This document shows, piece by piece, positions 1-9,800 of a DNA stretch of 64,000 nucleotides. The DNA lies in IMG/VR virus record IMGVR_UViG_3300021978_000001, positions 64,001 through 128,000 of that record; one strand, written 5' to 3'. The notes under the pieces are model-generated. The model was not told the origin of the DNA. It searched no databases and saw only the letters and a list, made by a program, of their open reading frames with translations. Both the position numbers and the translations under genes were made by a program. Source of the stretch: a virus. Its lineage: Duplodnaviria; Caudoviricetes. Within the stretch, counting starts at the first letter, position 1. The number at the start of each line of letters is the position of its first letter.

Positions 1-1
1 A

Positions 2-778
2 CTTCCAACGCAACCATCCAGCCAAAAGCTCATTTTCTTCTCGCGTAAAACCATGCGTACTCAACTCGATCTGGTAAACGCGACGACCCTTTTTACGCTC
101 TCTCACGGACAGCGAACCATCGTCGGCATACCAAACAGCCAACCCCAATGGCTCGATCTTATCCAACCACGCGGTAGTGATCTGCTTTCGATTTTTATAA
201 AACCCGGCTGTCTTGATCGTAGCGGTGATATGCGCATTCGCATGAGTATTGAAACACAAGGTCGAGGAACCTCCTTCGTAGCCAGAAGGCTCTTCACGTA
301 GAGAAGAGGTACCCAGGGTACCCAAAACCTTCTGTTTCCACTCCATATAGTCGGACTGAGCTATGCCTTGCCTGAAAGCAACGGAAGGACACGCACGTTG
401 AGGGTTGGAGAGAGAGGCATCTCCCAGTAATCCCCCATAAATGATCTGCTGTTGCTCTGTTGTTGGAGGCTTGCTGTTGAAATGGAGAACTTGGTCACCA
501 GGCTTGAGCTTGCTGGCTCGAACCTTTGTGCCATCAGGACGATAAATCTTGTGCGTAGACGTACAGCGCACGCTGTTACCATGCGCAAAGGTGATTTTAA
601 GCATTTTGTGCTTTTTGGTCACTTTGTTGCGCCACCAATTCACCACACGTCTAGGCTCTGTTTTACCTGTCTCAAAATTATAACTCATCACTTCTACATC
701 TAACTTTTGGCACACAATCTTGCCGATCAGTTCCGTTGTACCATCCGCGAGCAGCACAGGAGTGTGATAATCAAAGCA
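2..778 (-). mobile_element. Intein 2 (partial) with LAGLIDADG endonuclease, inserted in Walker B (DE/C)
   Basis: Starts CFDYHTPVLLADG. Has block B (CTSTHKIY) and motifs IIYGGLLGDAS and LAVWYADDGS. Confidence 0.88.
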
Positions 779-2662
779 TTCATCCATCCACAAGGCGTAC
801 TGGCGCCCGTCAAGGTGCTTCTTGAGCGTGCGGTAGTCGATGCGCATGCGCGGGTAGTTCAAGATCAGGACGCTGGGGTTCTCGGGGGACCACTCCTCGA
901 AGAACTCATCATAGATCTTCTTGCGCTTGTCCGGGCCGCCATCGACCACCACGGTATCCACCCCGTTCGTGAACTTGTGAAACTCACCTGCCCATTGACG
1001 CATGGCGCTGGTGGTTGTGATCACGATCGGGATCAGGTTGGGTTCCCTGGTCCACATGTAGCACTGTGAGGAGATACACTCGGCGGTGTTATGACTGACC
1101 ACACCGTTGGCGACGAACCAGTGGCGGGGATCATCAACCTCGATGTCGAAAACCTCTGCTTCTCCCTCGGTGAGAGATACCACGGGATCGTAGAAGTAGC
1201 ACGACTCTTGGAGCGCGTTCAGATTTTGCCACGCAGACGTCCCCGTAAGCCCATGCTGCGCGCACACATCGAGGTAGTGCTCTAAAAATGCGTAGGAAGG
1301 GTTACGACCCCGGTTTCGGATGTTATTGAGCGTGTTGACGAAAGAGCAACCGAATTGCTTGAGGCCACTGCCCTTTCTATTCCCATTCCCCCCCGAACGC
1401 GACGTGACCGCTTTGAGGCGCGCTCGCAAGGGTTCGATCAAGGACTTGCAGCAGGGTATAACATCGTGATTCGGGTTCATCGAACGGTCGAGAGCGCTCT
1501 CCAAGGCGTCTCTCTTCCTGGAGGACACGAAGCCAATCTTGTCACGAAAGGCACGAGCATCTTGGCCGAAGATCGTCAGGCGCCAGTACGTGTTGTGTTC
1601 ATAATTCTTGACCACTTTCTCGCTACGGTTACTGACAATACCAAAGCGCGTGAGCATGATTTGGACCACGCGCCCAAGCTCTTCGGATGCAGTTGAAAAT
1701 TCAATACCACCACAGGGAAGCACGTGACCTTCACCTTCAAACAGCCCTCTCAGGAACTCGACGTTGCTTTCTCGGGTAGAACAGAGGATGAAATTTGGGA
1801 CTTGTTTATCCGCTGCTAGACCTTTATTCAAGCCGTTTTGCTTGAGGAAGTCGATAATTTGCACACTAGATACTAACTTATCTTTTACATCTGAAAGATC
1901 ATATCCAAATAAAGTAGAGGTAAGATGTCGAATATCTTCGTGGATCTCATGATTACGCTCTGGACATTGGGATATACTCAGGGTGTAATCGTTATTGAAC
2001 CAACCTTCCCCTACCACGTAACCGATCCAACGCGCAAAATCACCTGTTACCTTCGTAGGTAATTTATGAGATTTTGCCCAAGGCGATAAAGCTATATCGG
2101 TATCCAGAGTCGGTTCTTCAAGGGGAAAATCCATCTCACGTCTCTCGACGCAGATGTAATCCCCTTCTCGGAGATCTCGCATTTCTACCCATTGATGTTT
2201 GCAATCCCTCCACACGAGAAGCGGGTGGACTCTCGAACCCTCCACCTCGAAGTTGTAACGTGTACGCATCTTGATGGTCGGCTTTACCCCACCGTAATAA
2301 AAATTCTTGACAGGCAGTTTCTCTTCGTTCACGAGAACATGCCAATCCTGATCAACGGGCGCGAACGTGTCGGGTTCCATTCCCGACCAGTCATGCATAT
2401 CACCGATCTTGGTAAGGCCGTAAGTAGTTGTTACTAAAGAGTTTTTGGTCAGGCACTTGCCGAGCCCCGTATCGTCACCAACCACGAAGCGCTTGCGCAT
2501 CAGGAGGTGCATGACCATCTGTTTCTGGTAGTGACGCAAGGCAAACTCGACCTGCTCGCCGTTGGATTTGGTGATGTGCGTGACCAGGCGATCACAGGGG
2601 GGTAGGTCGATGGTCTCTGCTGCGCGGATGCGCTTGAGCTTCTCGTAGGTCTTATCTGACAT
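2..2662 (-). CDS. SNF2/SF2 helicase with two inteins (3' partial; absent from the ORF track because it runs off the window edge)
   Basis: ATG at 2662 after AAGAGG RBS. Continuous frame MSDKTYEKLKR...LRHYQ...GDDTGLGK|intein|TAECIS...LWMDE|intein shows Q-motif, Walker A and Walker B. Confidence 0.9.
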   Translation of the reverse strand, partial: MSDKTYEKLKRIRAAETIDLPPCDRLVTHITKSNGEQVEFALRHYQKQMVMHLLMRKRFVVGDDTGLGKCLTKNSLVTTTYGLTKIGDMHDWSGMEPDTFAPVDQDWHVLVNEEKLPVKNFYYGGVKPTIKMRTRYNFEVEGSRVHPLLVWRDCKHQWVEMRDLREGDYICVERREMDFPLEEPTLDTDIALSPWAKSHKLPTKVTGDFARWIGYVVGEGWFNNDYTLSISQCPERNHEIHEDIRHLTSTLFGYDLSDVKDKLVSSVQIIDFLKQNGLNKGLAADKQVPNFILCSTRESNVEFLRGLFEGEGHVLPCGGIEFSTASEELGRVVQIMLTRFGIVSNRSEKVVKNYEHNTYWRLTIFGQDARAFRDKIGFVSSRKRDALESALDRSMNPNHDVIPCCKSLIEPLRARLKAVTSRSGGNGNRKGSGLKQFGCSFVNTLNNIRNRGRNPSYAFLEHYLDVCAQHGLTGTSAWQNLNALQESCYFYDPVVSLTEGEAEVFDIEVDDPRHWFVANGVVSHNTAECISSQCYMWTREPNLIPIVITTTSAMRQWAGEFHKFTNGVDTVVVDGGPDKRKKIYDEFFEEWSPENPSVLILNYPRMRIDYRTLKKHLDGRQYALWMDECFDYHTPVLLADGTTELIGKIVCQKLDVEVMSYNFETGKTEPRRVVNWWRNKVTKKHKMLKITFAHGNSVRCTSTHKIYRPDGTKVRASKLKPGDQVLHFNSKPPTTEQQQIIYGGLLGDASLSNPQRACPSVAFRQGIAQSDYMEWKQKVLGTLGTSSLREEPSGYEGGSSTLCFNTHANAHITATIKTAGFYKNRKQITTAWLDKIEPLGLAVWYADDGSLSVRERKKGRRVYQIELSTHGFTREENELLAGWLRWK
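1088..2455 (-). mobile_element. Intein 1 (456 aa) with LAGLIDADG homing endonuclease, inserted in Walker A (GK/T)
   Basis: Starts CLTKNSLV and ends VVSHN followed by Thr. Contains LAGLIDADG-like motifs IGYVVGEG and FLRGLFEGEG. Confidence 0.92.
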
Positions 2663-2709
2663 GACTTCCTCTTCTGGGGGGCGAATAAACGGAGCGCGGG
2701 CAGGGACAT

Positions 2710-3009
2710 TCAGCCCATCAACAGCTCGTACACATACATCATCAACTGGCGGCGATGTTCGCTCGCGGGAGGGTTGTTGATCAGCGCGAGCATCTCGCCT
2801 TCGGTGACGCCATGTGCGCGTGCTACCTCGCGGAGCTTCCGGTCACACAGGCGCGTGATCGCAGGCTCCATCTCCTTGATGAGCCATTCCCGGTACTCCT
2901 CGAAGGCGTCGCGCTTGGGGCCAGTATGGGGTCGTCTGTTACGCATGATTGCCTCGACCGCTTTCTGCGCTGCTTCGAGGGGCATCTCTTTATGATTTGG
3001 ATTGCTCAT
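2710..3009 (-). CDS. Hypothetical protein
   Basis: 99-aa ORF in the co-oriented operon. Confidence 0.7.
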   Translation of the reverse strand: MSNPNHKEMPLEAAQKAVEAIMRNRRPHTGPKRDAFEEYREWLIKEMEPAITRLCDRKLREVARAHGVTEGEMLALINNPPASEHRRQLMMYVYELLMG

Positions 3010-3017
3010 GTGTGATC

Positions 3018-3665
3018 TCAGTTGAAAGAAAGGCTCAAGCCAAAGATGGGCATCAACTCCCAGGTACCGTACTCGATAGCAGCACCACCGAAGAAATCGA
3101 GGTTCTTGGTGATGTCTGCCCCGAGGCTGATTCCACCATGTTGGAACCCGGTCTGCGCCTGGACATGTAGCATACGCCAGAAGAACGGCTCGAACACGAG
3201 CGCAGGGTCAAACATCGAGGGGAGGTCTTCGCCAAGGTTTGCGGGCAACCAGGTAACCCCCACCTTGACCCGCAAGCGCAAGCCCCATTCCGGTTCCACG
3301 GGAGGTTTGGGTTTTGTGATCGCGACGTTGTTTTCAGTCTCGAAACCGAGCTTGAACTCACACCACTCGATCTTGCCCGTGAGCTTATCATCCGTGAAGA
3401 CCTGACCGTCCTGGGTGATGACGATCTTTTGCTCGTCAAAGGTCAGCCGCATGCGCCCCTGTTGAGCTTCGCGCACCAGGCAGTTGTGGTGCTGGAGGAT
3501 GCGCGCGATCTCTGCGGCATCGGCTTCCTTGAGGCACTTGTATCCGGGAGGACACTCTGCCTCGCGCTCCAGACGCGCGAGGCGGCGCTCTTCGGGCTGG
3601 CTGTGCGTGATCTGAGGCATCAGGAGCACAAACGCGAGGCTCAAGAAGGCGATGATTCTGGACAT
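3018..3665 (-). CDS. Secreted protein with putative outer-membrane beta-strand C-terminus
   Basis: Signal peptide MSRIIAFLSLAFVLLMPQITHS, amphipathic beta strands, ends ...FGLSLSFN. Confidence 0.7.
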   Translation of the reverse strand: MSRIIAFLSLAFVLLMPQITHSQPEERRLARLEREAECPPGYKCLKEADAAEIARILQHHNCLVREAQQGRMRLTFDEQKIVITQDGQVFTDDKLTGKIEWCEFKLGFETENNVAITKPKPPVEPEWGLRLRVKVGVTWLPANLGEDLPSMFDPALVFEPFFWRMLHVQAQTGFQHGGISLGADITKNLDFFGGAAIEYGTWELMPIFGLSLSFN

Positions 3666-3687
3666 GTTCGGCTCCTTTTTATGCGAA

Positions 3688-4227
3688 TCAAGAGAGCTTA
3701 TCAATGAGATCCTGTGAGACCTCTTTGGGGGCTTCGATGACGTGAATCTCGACCTTGCCAGGTTGCGTCAGGATCACGCGCTCGACGTCAGTATCCTTTA
3801 CACCCGTAGGAAGTCGGAGCTTCTTTGTCTCACCTTCTACCGTCGAGACTTCGAGGACGTTGCGATCACGGAAGGGATTTTTCTTACGATCCACGACCGT
3901 GATCTCACGCTGGGTAAACCCATGCTCATCAGGCTCACCCACTTCGATAAGCTCTCCCTGGGTATCCTTTCGCTTCGGTGGGATCTTGTTGACCTTTACC
4001 TCAAGCTCTGGATCTTTGTCAGCTTCATCATGACCAAAGAGCCACCCGAGGATACCTCCCACATTGAAAGCATCCCCGAACCCGAGCAAGAGCAGCACGA
4101 CCGCAACCACGATCACGAGGGTCGCGATCACGAGAGCCAAAGGATAGCGCAAGGTCCAGTTCCATGCAACCATGGCGCCGGACTTGATGCGCTCCCAAAG
4201 AGAGGGAGGTGTGTGTTCCTGAGTCAT
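3688..4227 (-). CDS. Inner-membrane-anchored protein (spanin/lysis-accessory-like)
   Basis: N-terminal hydrophobic segment followed by a charged soluble domain; overlaps the upstream gene. Confidence 0.65.
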   Translation of the reverse strand: MTQEHTPPSLWERIKSGAMVAWNWTLRYPLALVIATLVIVVAVVLLLLGFGDAFNVGGILGWLFGHDEADKDPELEVKVNKIPPKRKDTQGELIEVGEPDEHGFTQREITVVDRKKNPFRDRNVLEVSTVEGETKKLRLPTGVKDTDVERVILTQPGKVEIHVIEAPKEVSQDLIDKLS

Positions 4228-4673
4228 GTCAAACGCTCCTCGCCTTCGCGGGTGAAGGGGTCGTCGATTTCCGTGATACGTGATTCTCGTGTCGCGTCAA
4301 GGCGTCGCTTGAGCGCCTCTTTCAATGCATCTGCATCAGGGCTGCTGTCGGGCGCTGTTTGAGGCGCTGGAGCCGCTGGAGGCGTCGGAGTTGTTTGAGG
4401 CGGCGCGGGAAGAGCAACAGGGAGACCCGCTTTCCCGGTGAGCCGCTGACGCAAAATGTCCGACAACGGTCCGGTGAACTTCTTGCCGAAGTTATACGCG
4501 AACAGGACAAGCAAGATTTCGTACATGGTGTTGGGGACTTGCTTGGCCACGCACCAAAACCAGATATGTGTTCCAAACACAATCCAGCACATGACACGGC
4601 CCATGCTCAGTTCCCCCTGTTCGATGATCACCGAACCCCAGCGAACATTGGCAATTTTTTCTCGGATGGTCAT
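4224..4673 (-). CDS. Small membrane protein (holin-like)
   Basis: Two short TM segments and a Pro-rich charged tail; ATGA overlaps. Confidence 0.6.
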   Translation of the reverse strand: MTIREKIANVRWGSVIIEQGELSMGRVMCWIVFGTHIWFWCVAKQVPNTMYEILLVLFAYNFGKKFTGPLSDILRQRLTGKAGLPVALPAPPQTTPTPPAAPAPQTAPDSSPDADALKEALKRRLDATRESRITEIDDPFTREGEERLT

Positions 4674-5839
4674 GGCTCTTCCTTCGAGTCAGGGTTTGTG
4701 CGATAAGGGAGATGCAAATGCATGGTTGTTCCGATATTCAAAGCGCTCTCGACTTCGATCGAACCACCCGCCTCTCTAATGAACTGGTACACAAAGTAAC
4801 TACCAAGGCCGGAGCCTGCTTCGGGTCCTCGCGTCGTGAAATACGGAGCAAAGACCTGTCGCAAGGTCGCATCATCCATACCACAGCCGTTGTCCGCGAA
4901 AGAGAGCACGATGCAGTTGGCGTGGTGGATCTTATCACATTCGTGCGTGTGGATCGTGATGCACGCACCCTCTTCCTTGTGCTTGGTCGCACGGATCGAG
5001 TTGTCGAAGAGGTTGGTCAAGATCTGATACAGGCGTGGTTGAGATACATTCACGTATTTCCCTTGAGCAGCCTCGTTCAAGACCTCGTAGCGCCCTACAT
5101 AACGCTTGGTAGGCTCCACAAAACGCATGCTCTTGGTGTAGCTGTCGATCGCATGCCCGAGGTCGATGCGCGCCCCCGCTTCTTGGGACAGCTCTTTCAT
5201 CGGCGCCGTCATGTCGTTCAAGATCAGTGAAATCTTGGTGAGGGCCTCTTGTGCACCTTCGAGATGCTCTTCGAGTTCACCCGTCATCGTAATCAGGTCG
5301 ATGTATCCGCGCGCGGTCGCCAGGGGCGTCTTGAGTTCGTGGTTCAATCCAAAGAGCATGACCTGGAGCCTCTCTGCCCACTTGCGCTCTTCCTGTGCCT
5401 GAATCATGGTGTTGTCAAGGGCTTCCTGGATGAACATGAACATCGTCGTACCAAGTGCCTCGTGCCGGTAGTACCGAATCAGGTAGGGCTCATCATGCCC
5501 CTTGAGATAAATATCCCCGAACACCTTGGGCTGGGTAAACTCGCGCAAAGAAAAAAGTGCGTCGAGGATGCCATGGCTATCCTCGCGCACCAGGTCGTAC
5601 AGGTTCATCGAGAGAAGATCAGACTGGACGCAATTCAAGGTATCGAGCGCCTTGGTGTTCCCATGCAGAAGGTTACCCTCGAAATCCGTCTGGTACACAA
5701 TCGCTGCGTTATCTCTGTAACTCGCGAGGCGCCCGAGCGTATTTGCATGGTCAAGAAGCCGACGCCGCTCATGCTGCGTTTTGAATATGCTCACCCACTT
5801 GCGCCAGAAAGCCTGGAGCCGTGAAATCATCCTTCTCAT
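4670..5839 (-). CDS. Cytoplasmic sensor histidine kinase (PAS-HisKA-HATPase)
   Basis: H-box LNHELKTPL, N-box QILTNLFDNS, G1 DNGCGM, F/G2 FAPYFTT..GSGLG; no TM segment. Confidence 0.95.
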   Translation of the reverse strand: MRRMISRLQAFWRKWVSIFKTQHERRRLLDHANTLGRLASYRDNAAIVYQTDFEGNLLHGNTKALDTLNCVQSDLLSMNLYDLVREDSHGILDALFSLREFTQPKVFGDIYLKGHDEPYLIRYYRHEALGTTMFMFIQEALDNTMIQAQEERKWAERLQVMLFGLNHELKTPLATARGYIDLITMTGELEEHLEGAQEALTKISLILNDMTAPMKELSQEAGARIDLGHAIDSYTKSMRFVEPTKRYVGRYEVLNEAAQGKYVNVSQPRLYQILTNLFDNSIRATKHKEEGACITIHTHECDKIHHANCIVLSFADNGCGMDDATLRQVFAPYFTTRGPEAGSGLGSYFVYQFIREAGGSIEVESALNIGTTMHLHLPYRTNPDSKEEP

Positions 5840-6155
5840 ACACTACCTCCCCCGTCCCGATCGCGGCGCGGTATTCGGGGCTTTGCGTGTGGCAGCCTGT
5901 AAGAAAGATGACCGGACACTCGAAGCCTTCCTCGCGCATCCACTCATAAAACTCGACTCCCCCTGTTCCGTTGATAATCAGGTCAATCACCACAAGGTCA
6001 GGGAGCGCCTCATCACTGAGGAGATGTTCCTTGGCCAGACGCACCGCGTGTGCTTTTTTTGTGCATACCACGACCTGATAAGTCGAACGCAGCGAAAGCA
6101 TGAGCATCCGTGCCATGGCCTCATCATCTTCGACAATCAAGACCCTTCTCATCAC
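5769..6155 (-). CDS. Stand-alone response regulator receiver (CheY-like)
   Basis: RVLIVEDD, PDLVVIDL (phospho-Asp), PVIFLTG, conserved Lys (YEK). Confidence 0.93.
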   Translation of the reverse strand: MMRRVLIVEDDEAMARMLMLSLRSTYQVVVCTKKAHAVRLAKEHLLSDEALPDLVVIDLIINGTGGVEFYEWMREEGFECPVIFLTGCHTQSPEYRAAIGTGEVVYEKDDFTAPGFLAQVGEHIQNAA

Positions 6156-6625
6156 TTGTGCTCCTCGCCTTTGACCTTGACCTCGCCCTGGGAGGAGGGA
6201 AGATCTTTCTTGTACTGCTTCTCTACTGCTTCTCCCGCCTTCTTGTCAGCGGTCAAGTATACATTATTCACGAAGACCGTCACCAACGTCGAGAGGATCA
6301 TCAAGAGCACCGGCCACAGCCACTTCAACGTGCGGATGGAACCATCCATGCGTTGAAGAATTGCCGTGTTCTCCTTGACCGCTTCCTGGACTTGCTTCAA
6401 GTCATCATCATTGCTGTCCAACGCCTCTTCCACCTTGTGGAGCTTCCCCGTCATCGCGATCTGGGCATCAGACACTTCATCGAGCCCGCGCGAAAACGAA
6501 TCCAGTCGCTTGAAGATTTGATCATCACGCGTCTTACGGATAGAGCGCTCCACGGTGTTTTGCTCACGGTCAGCCCGCTGGCGCTCTTCCAGGCGCACGA
6601 TACGTTCACGCAGATCGTCTGCCAT
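6152..6625 (-). CDS. Coiled-coil protein with C-terminal TM (XhlA/holin-like)
   Basis: Heptad-rich N-terminus and a single TM segment LKWLWPVLLMILSTLVTVFV. Confidence 0.65.
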   Translation of the reverse strand: MADDLRERIVRLEERQRADREQNTVERSIRKTRDDQIFKRLDSFSRGLDEVSDAQIAMTGKLHKVEEALDSNDDDLKQVQEAVKENTAILQRMDGSIRTLKWLWPVLLMILSTLVTVFVNNVYLTADKKAGEAVEKQYKKDLPSSQGEVKVKGEEHK

Positions 6626-6789
6626 CAGCCCCCTCCCTCACGCCGCAACAGCGCGCGAACTTGCTGGATCTCAGCCTGGAGCATGTCGGTCATTCCTTCA
6701 TGCGATGCTTTCACCTGGAGGTGCTTGAGACGCCCTTTGGCCCAACGCACGGCCTTCGCGCCTTTAAGCTGTTCTGCCTTGATTATCAT
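6625..6789 (-). CDS. Small hypothetical protein (54 aa, MIIKAEQLKG...; not in track)
   Basis: GGAGGAG RBS; TGATG overlap with the next gene. Confidence 0.75.
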   Translation of the reverse strand: MIIKAEQLKGAKAVRWAKGRLKHLQVKASHEGMTDMLQAEIQQVRALLRREGGG

Positions 6790-6814
6790 CTCTTACTCCT
6801 CCAGGTGCGTCCGT

Positions 6815-9800
6815 TCAGGGGCATACACAAGGGTCAACACCAGGCAACGAGGGGTCCCTCGCGGGGAATACGTCCACCTGATCAGGTGTGATCAAACGAC
6901 GCGCGCCTTTCACCAGGGGCCTTCCTTCAACACGGTAACGGTCTACCGCATTGCGTCCTTCACCCAGACCAGTGGGGTGCGTCTGTAGTACGAGGTCTAC
7001 AAACTCTTTACTGAGCGCGCCCGTGGAAACATCAAGATCCTTGCCAAGTTGCAGCCCTGTCGCGACCACGATCTGAAGCTCTTCACCATACGTGGCCTCA
7101 CGGTCACTGGTCGTGACAAGCTCCTTTTGTGTGCGCACGAGAAGCGCGACTCCGAGCATCACACCCCCATGCATCGAGAGGTCTTGCGTGCGAGGGCTCG
7201 TGACATAAGACAGATCCTTACTCACGCGTGGTCCTGTCAAGGCGAAGGCGCCTCCTGGGTTGCGTCCCGACGCCACGGCTGCCGTGCCTCCACGGTAGGT
7301 GCGGTACAGGTTAAAGCTCGGGTCGTAGCCCGTGAGCGCTGCCGACCCTGCGGCGGTACCATCCGAGACCAGAAGCGCGCCCTCCATGAAGGATTTGGAC
7401 AGGGGATAATCCTGACGGTAGTCTCCAGGGACATCCATCGAGAGCGAAGGCACCCAGAAGCGCTCATACGCCTCCCCAAGACCTTCCGCGAGGAATTGCG
7501 CGTCTGAGGTCAAAAGACCCATGGGGAGCCTCTCTGTGGCTCCCAGCAGCGTCTCTCCGACCACCCTCGCAATAGGTGTGGTCCCTGCGGGTGCAGGGTG
7601 AGCACGCACGCGCGCCGGGCGCGGAGCATCCGTCAAGTCCGTAAACGGGTAGTCCGCCAACGTGAGGTAGCCGACATCTGTATACGAGCCGGGGACCACG
7701 GGTCCAGCGATGGCGCCTGTACCGAGCGTGGTCGCGAAAGGCATCGCCGCCAGGATCTCGACGACGGCGCCATTTTCGACGCGTGCATCTGCGGGGTCCG
7801 TAAACGGCGTGGCCAGTTGCAGGACCTCGGTAGGCGTCTCTGCGGTACGCTTTGGCACGTAGTCTACAAACTCCACCGAAGCGGTGTCTGTCGTCGAGAT
7901 GGGCATCGTCCCATAAATCGCGCCCTGATAAGGCACGCGTGTCGAGACCACCGAGAGCTGATCACCTGCTTCGCTCGGACCAGGCACGAACACCTGATAA
8001 CTTTGACCTGCGACACCTGCGGCGGCGAGGCGGTGAATACGCGTGTACTCTGCCTGCCAATCATCAAAGAAGAACGCCGCGAACTCGAACACCAGCGGGG
8101 TGTTCTCCAGGTTTACCGTCAAGTAGCTCTGGTCGAGGACATCTTCTGGGATCACAAACGTGTTGTCTGCGGTGATGATCAAGCTGCGACGCTCACCATC
8201 CTCCCGCAAGAGATTATCCCGTCCAATACCTGCATCAGTACGATAAGGTGCAGTGACGGTCGGGGCAAAGTTCGAGACACCAGGCGAGATGTTGTAGAAG
8301 TCGTCCTGGTGGTAGATCGCAAAGAGACGCGCGATACCATAGTTAGCGGGGATCTCGATGCCGCGCACACCCCCTTGGTTGTAGTAGCGACACACGAGCG
8401 CGTTCGTGCCTCCAGGTCCTCCGCCGACCGCCGAAAGGTCAGGGTAGGTTCCGAAGTCCGAGCTGGTCAAGTTGACCGGATCGTATACCGCGACCAGACG
8501 TTGCTGGACAAACGGCGCGTTGACGTTCTGTGATCCCGAGAGCAAGAGATGGTTGATCCCGTAAGCAGGCGCGGTAGAGTTCGCGCTCCCTGCGGCCATG
8601 CTGGTCACGAAGGGCACATCATGGCGACCGAGACCACCACGAATCTCACGAGGGATCAACAAGGAGTCCGAAGCAACTCCGAGGTTGAACAGGCTCGTCA
8701 CATCCGTGTAGCTCCGCGCAGAGGGAACCGGCTGGGGATCGAGACGCATCGAGATGTTGCGCATCGGCTGGTAAATCAGCGTCTTGCTGCCAGGGTCCAC
8801 ATAAGCCTCGCCCCAGACTGTCTCGGTGTTGAACAGCGTCTCACCATCGCGCGGCACGAACTCATCATGACGCTTGTGAGGGAACGCCGATGCAGGCAGC
8901 GCAGGTGAGCGCTTGACTGTAGCAGCAGGCGAAGAGACCACGTTCTCGAAGTCATCCTCACGCAAGTAGTTGGAAGGGGTCGCAGCATCCAGATCCACAT
9001 ACAATCCACGCTCGGGAGCGCGCGCCAAACCGGAGAGCGGATGGTACAACAAATCGTAAGACAGGTAAAGCGCCGTGTCTGTTCCCACTGCTGCGGTCGA
9101 TGCAAGAGCGATGAAGACCTGATCATCCTGCTCCGAGCAGGCTTCGAGGTACAAGCCCCATGTACGGTTGGTCGTCGTGGCGGTGTCGAACACCGGCTCG
9201 GTTCCATCTGGGTTCGTGACCACGAGGTAACCATTGGCATCCACACCCACCACCTTGAACGCCCCATGGTTCTCGGGTTGCGTCGCGGTAGGATCATCTC
9301 CAGGCGTGAGCAAGAGGTAAGCGCCCGCGTCCACGATGGTCGCGGCATCGGCGGTGAAGTCCAGACCCACGTTTACCGAGGAACCACTCGCGGCTCCAGG
9401 CACCACAGCGAGCGTGGTGTTCGTGAATGCGACATCTGCCTGACCCGAACTCGCGACCGCGAGGTCTGTCAAGGGTGTCCCCAATACCACAAAGTGTGGG
9501 TCCGCATCCCCTTGTGCGATGGTCAACGCTTCTTGCTTGGCGGGGTCTGCGCTCTCGGGGTCCGTGTCGCCAAACCACAGCTTGAAAGTCGCGTGATCGG
9601 TGTCATCATACTCGAAGGGGTGTACGAAACGCACCTTCTCATCGTTTGCCGAAGAAAAGGTGTTGCGGTACTGGTCGAGCGCGATCGAGATCACATCCCC
9701 GGTGTTCCAATCTTCCGCATTGGCGGCGTCCTGGCGAAAAATATCCACGGCAGGGTTAAAGGGGAGATCTGTCGCATCTTGTGTCGCGCCGTTGGTCCCG

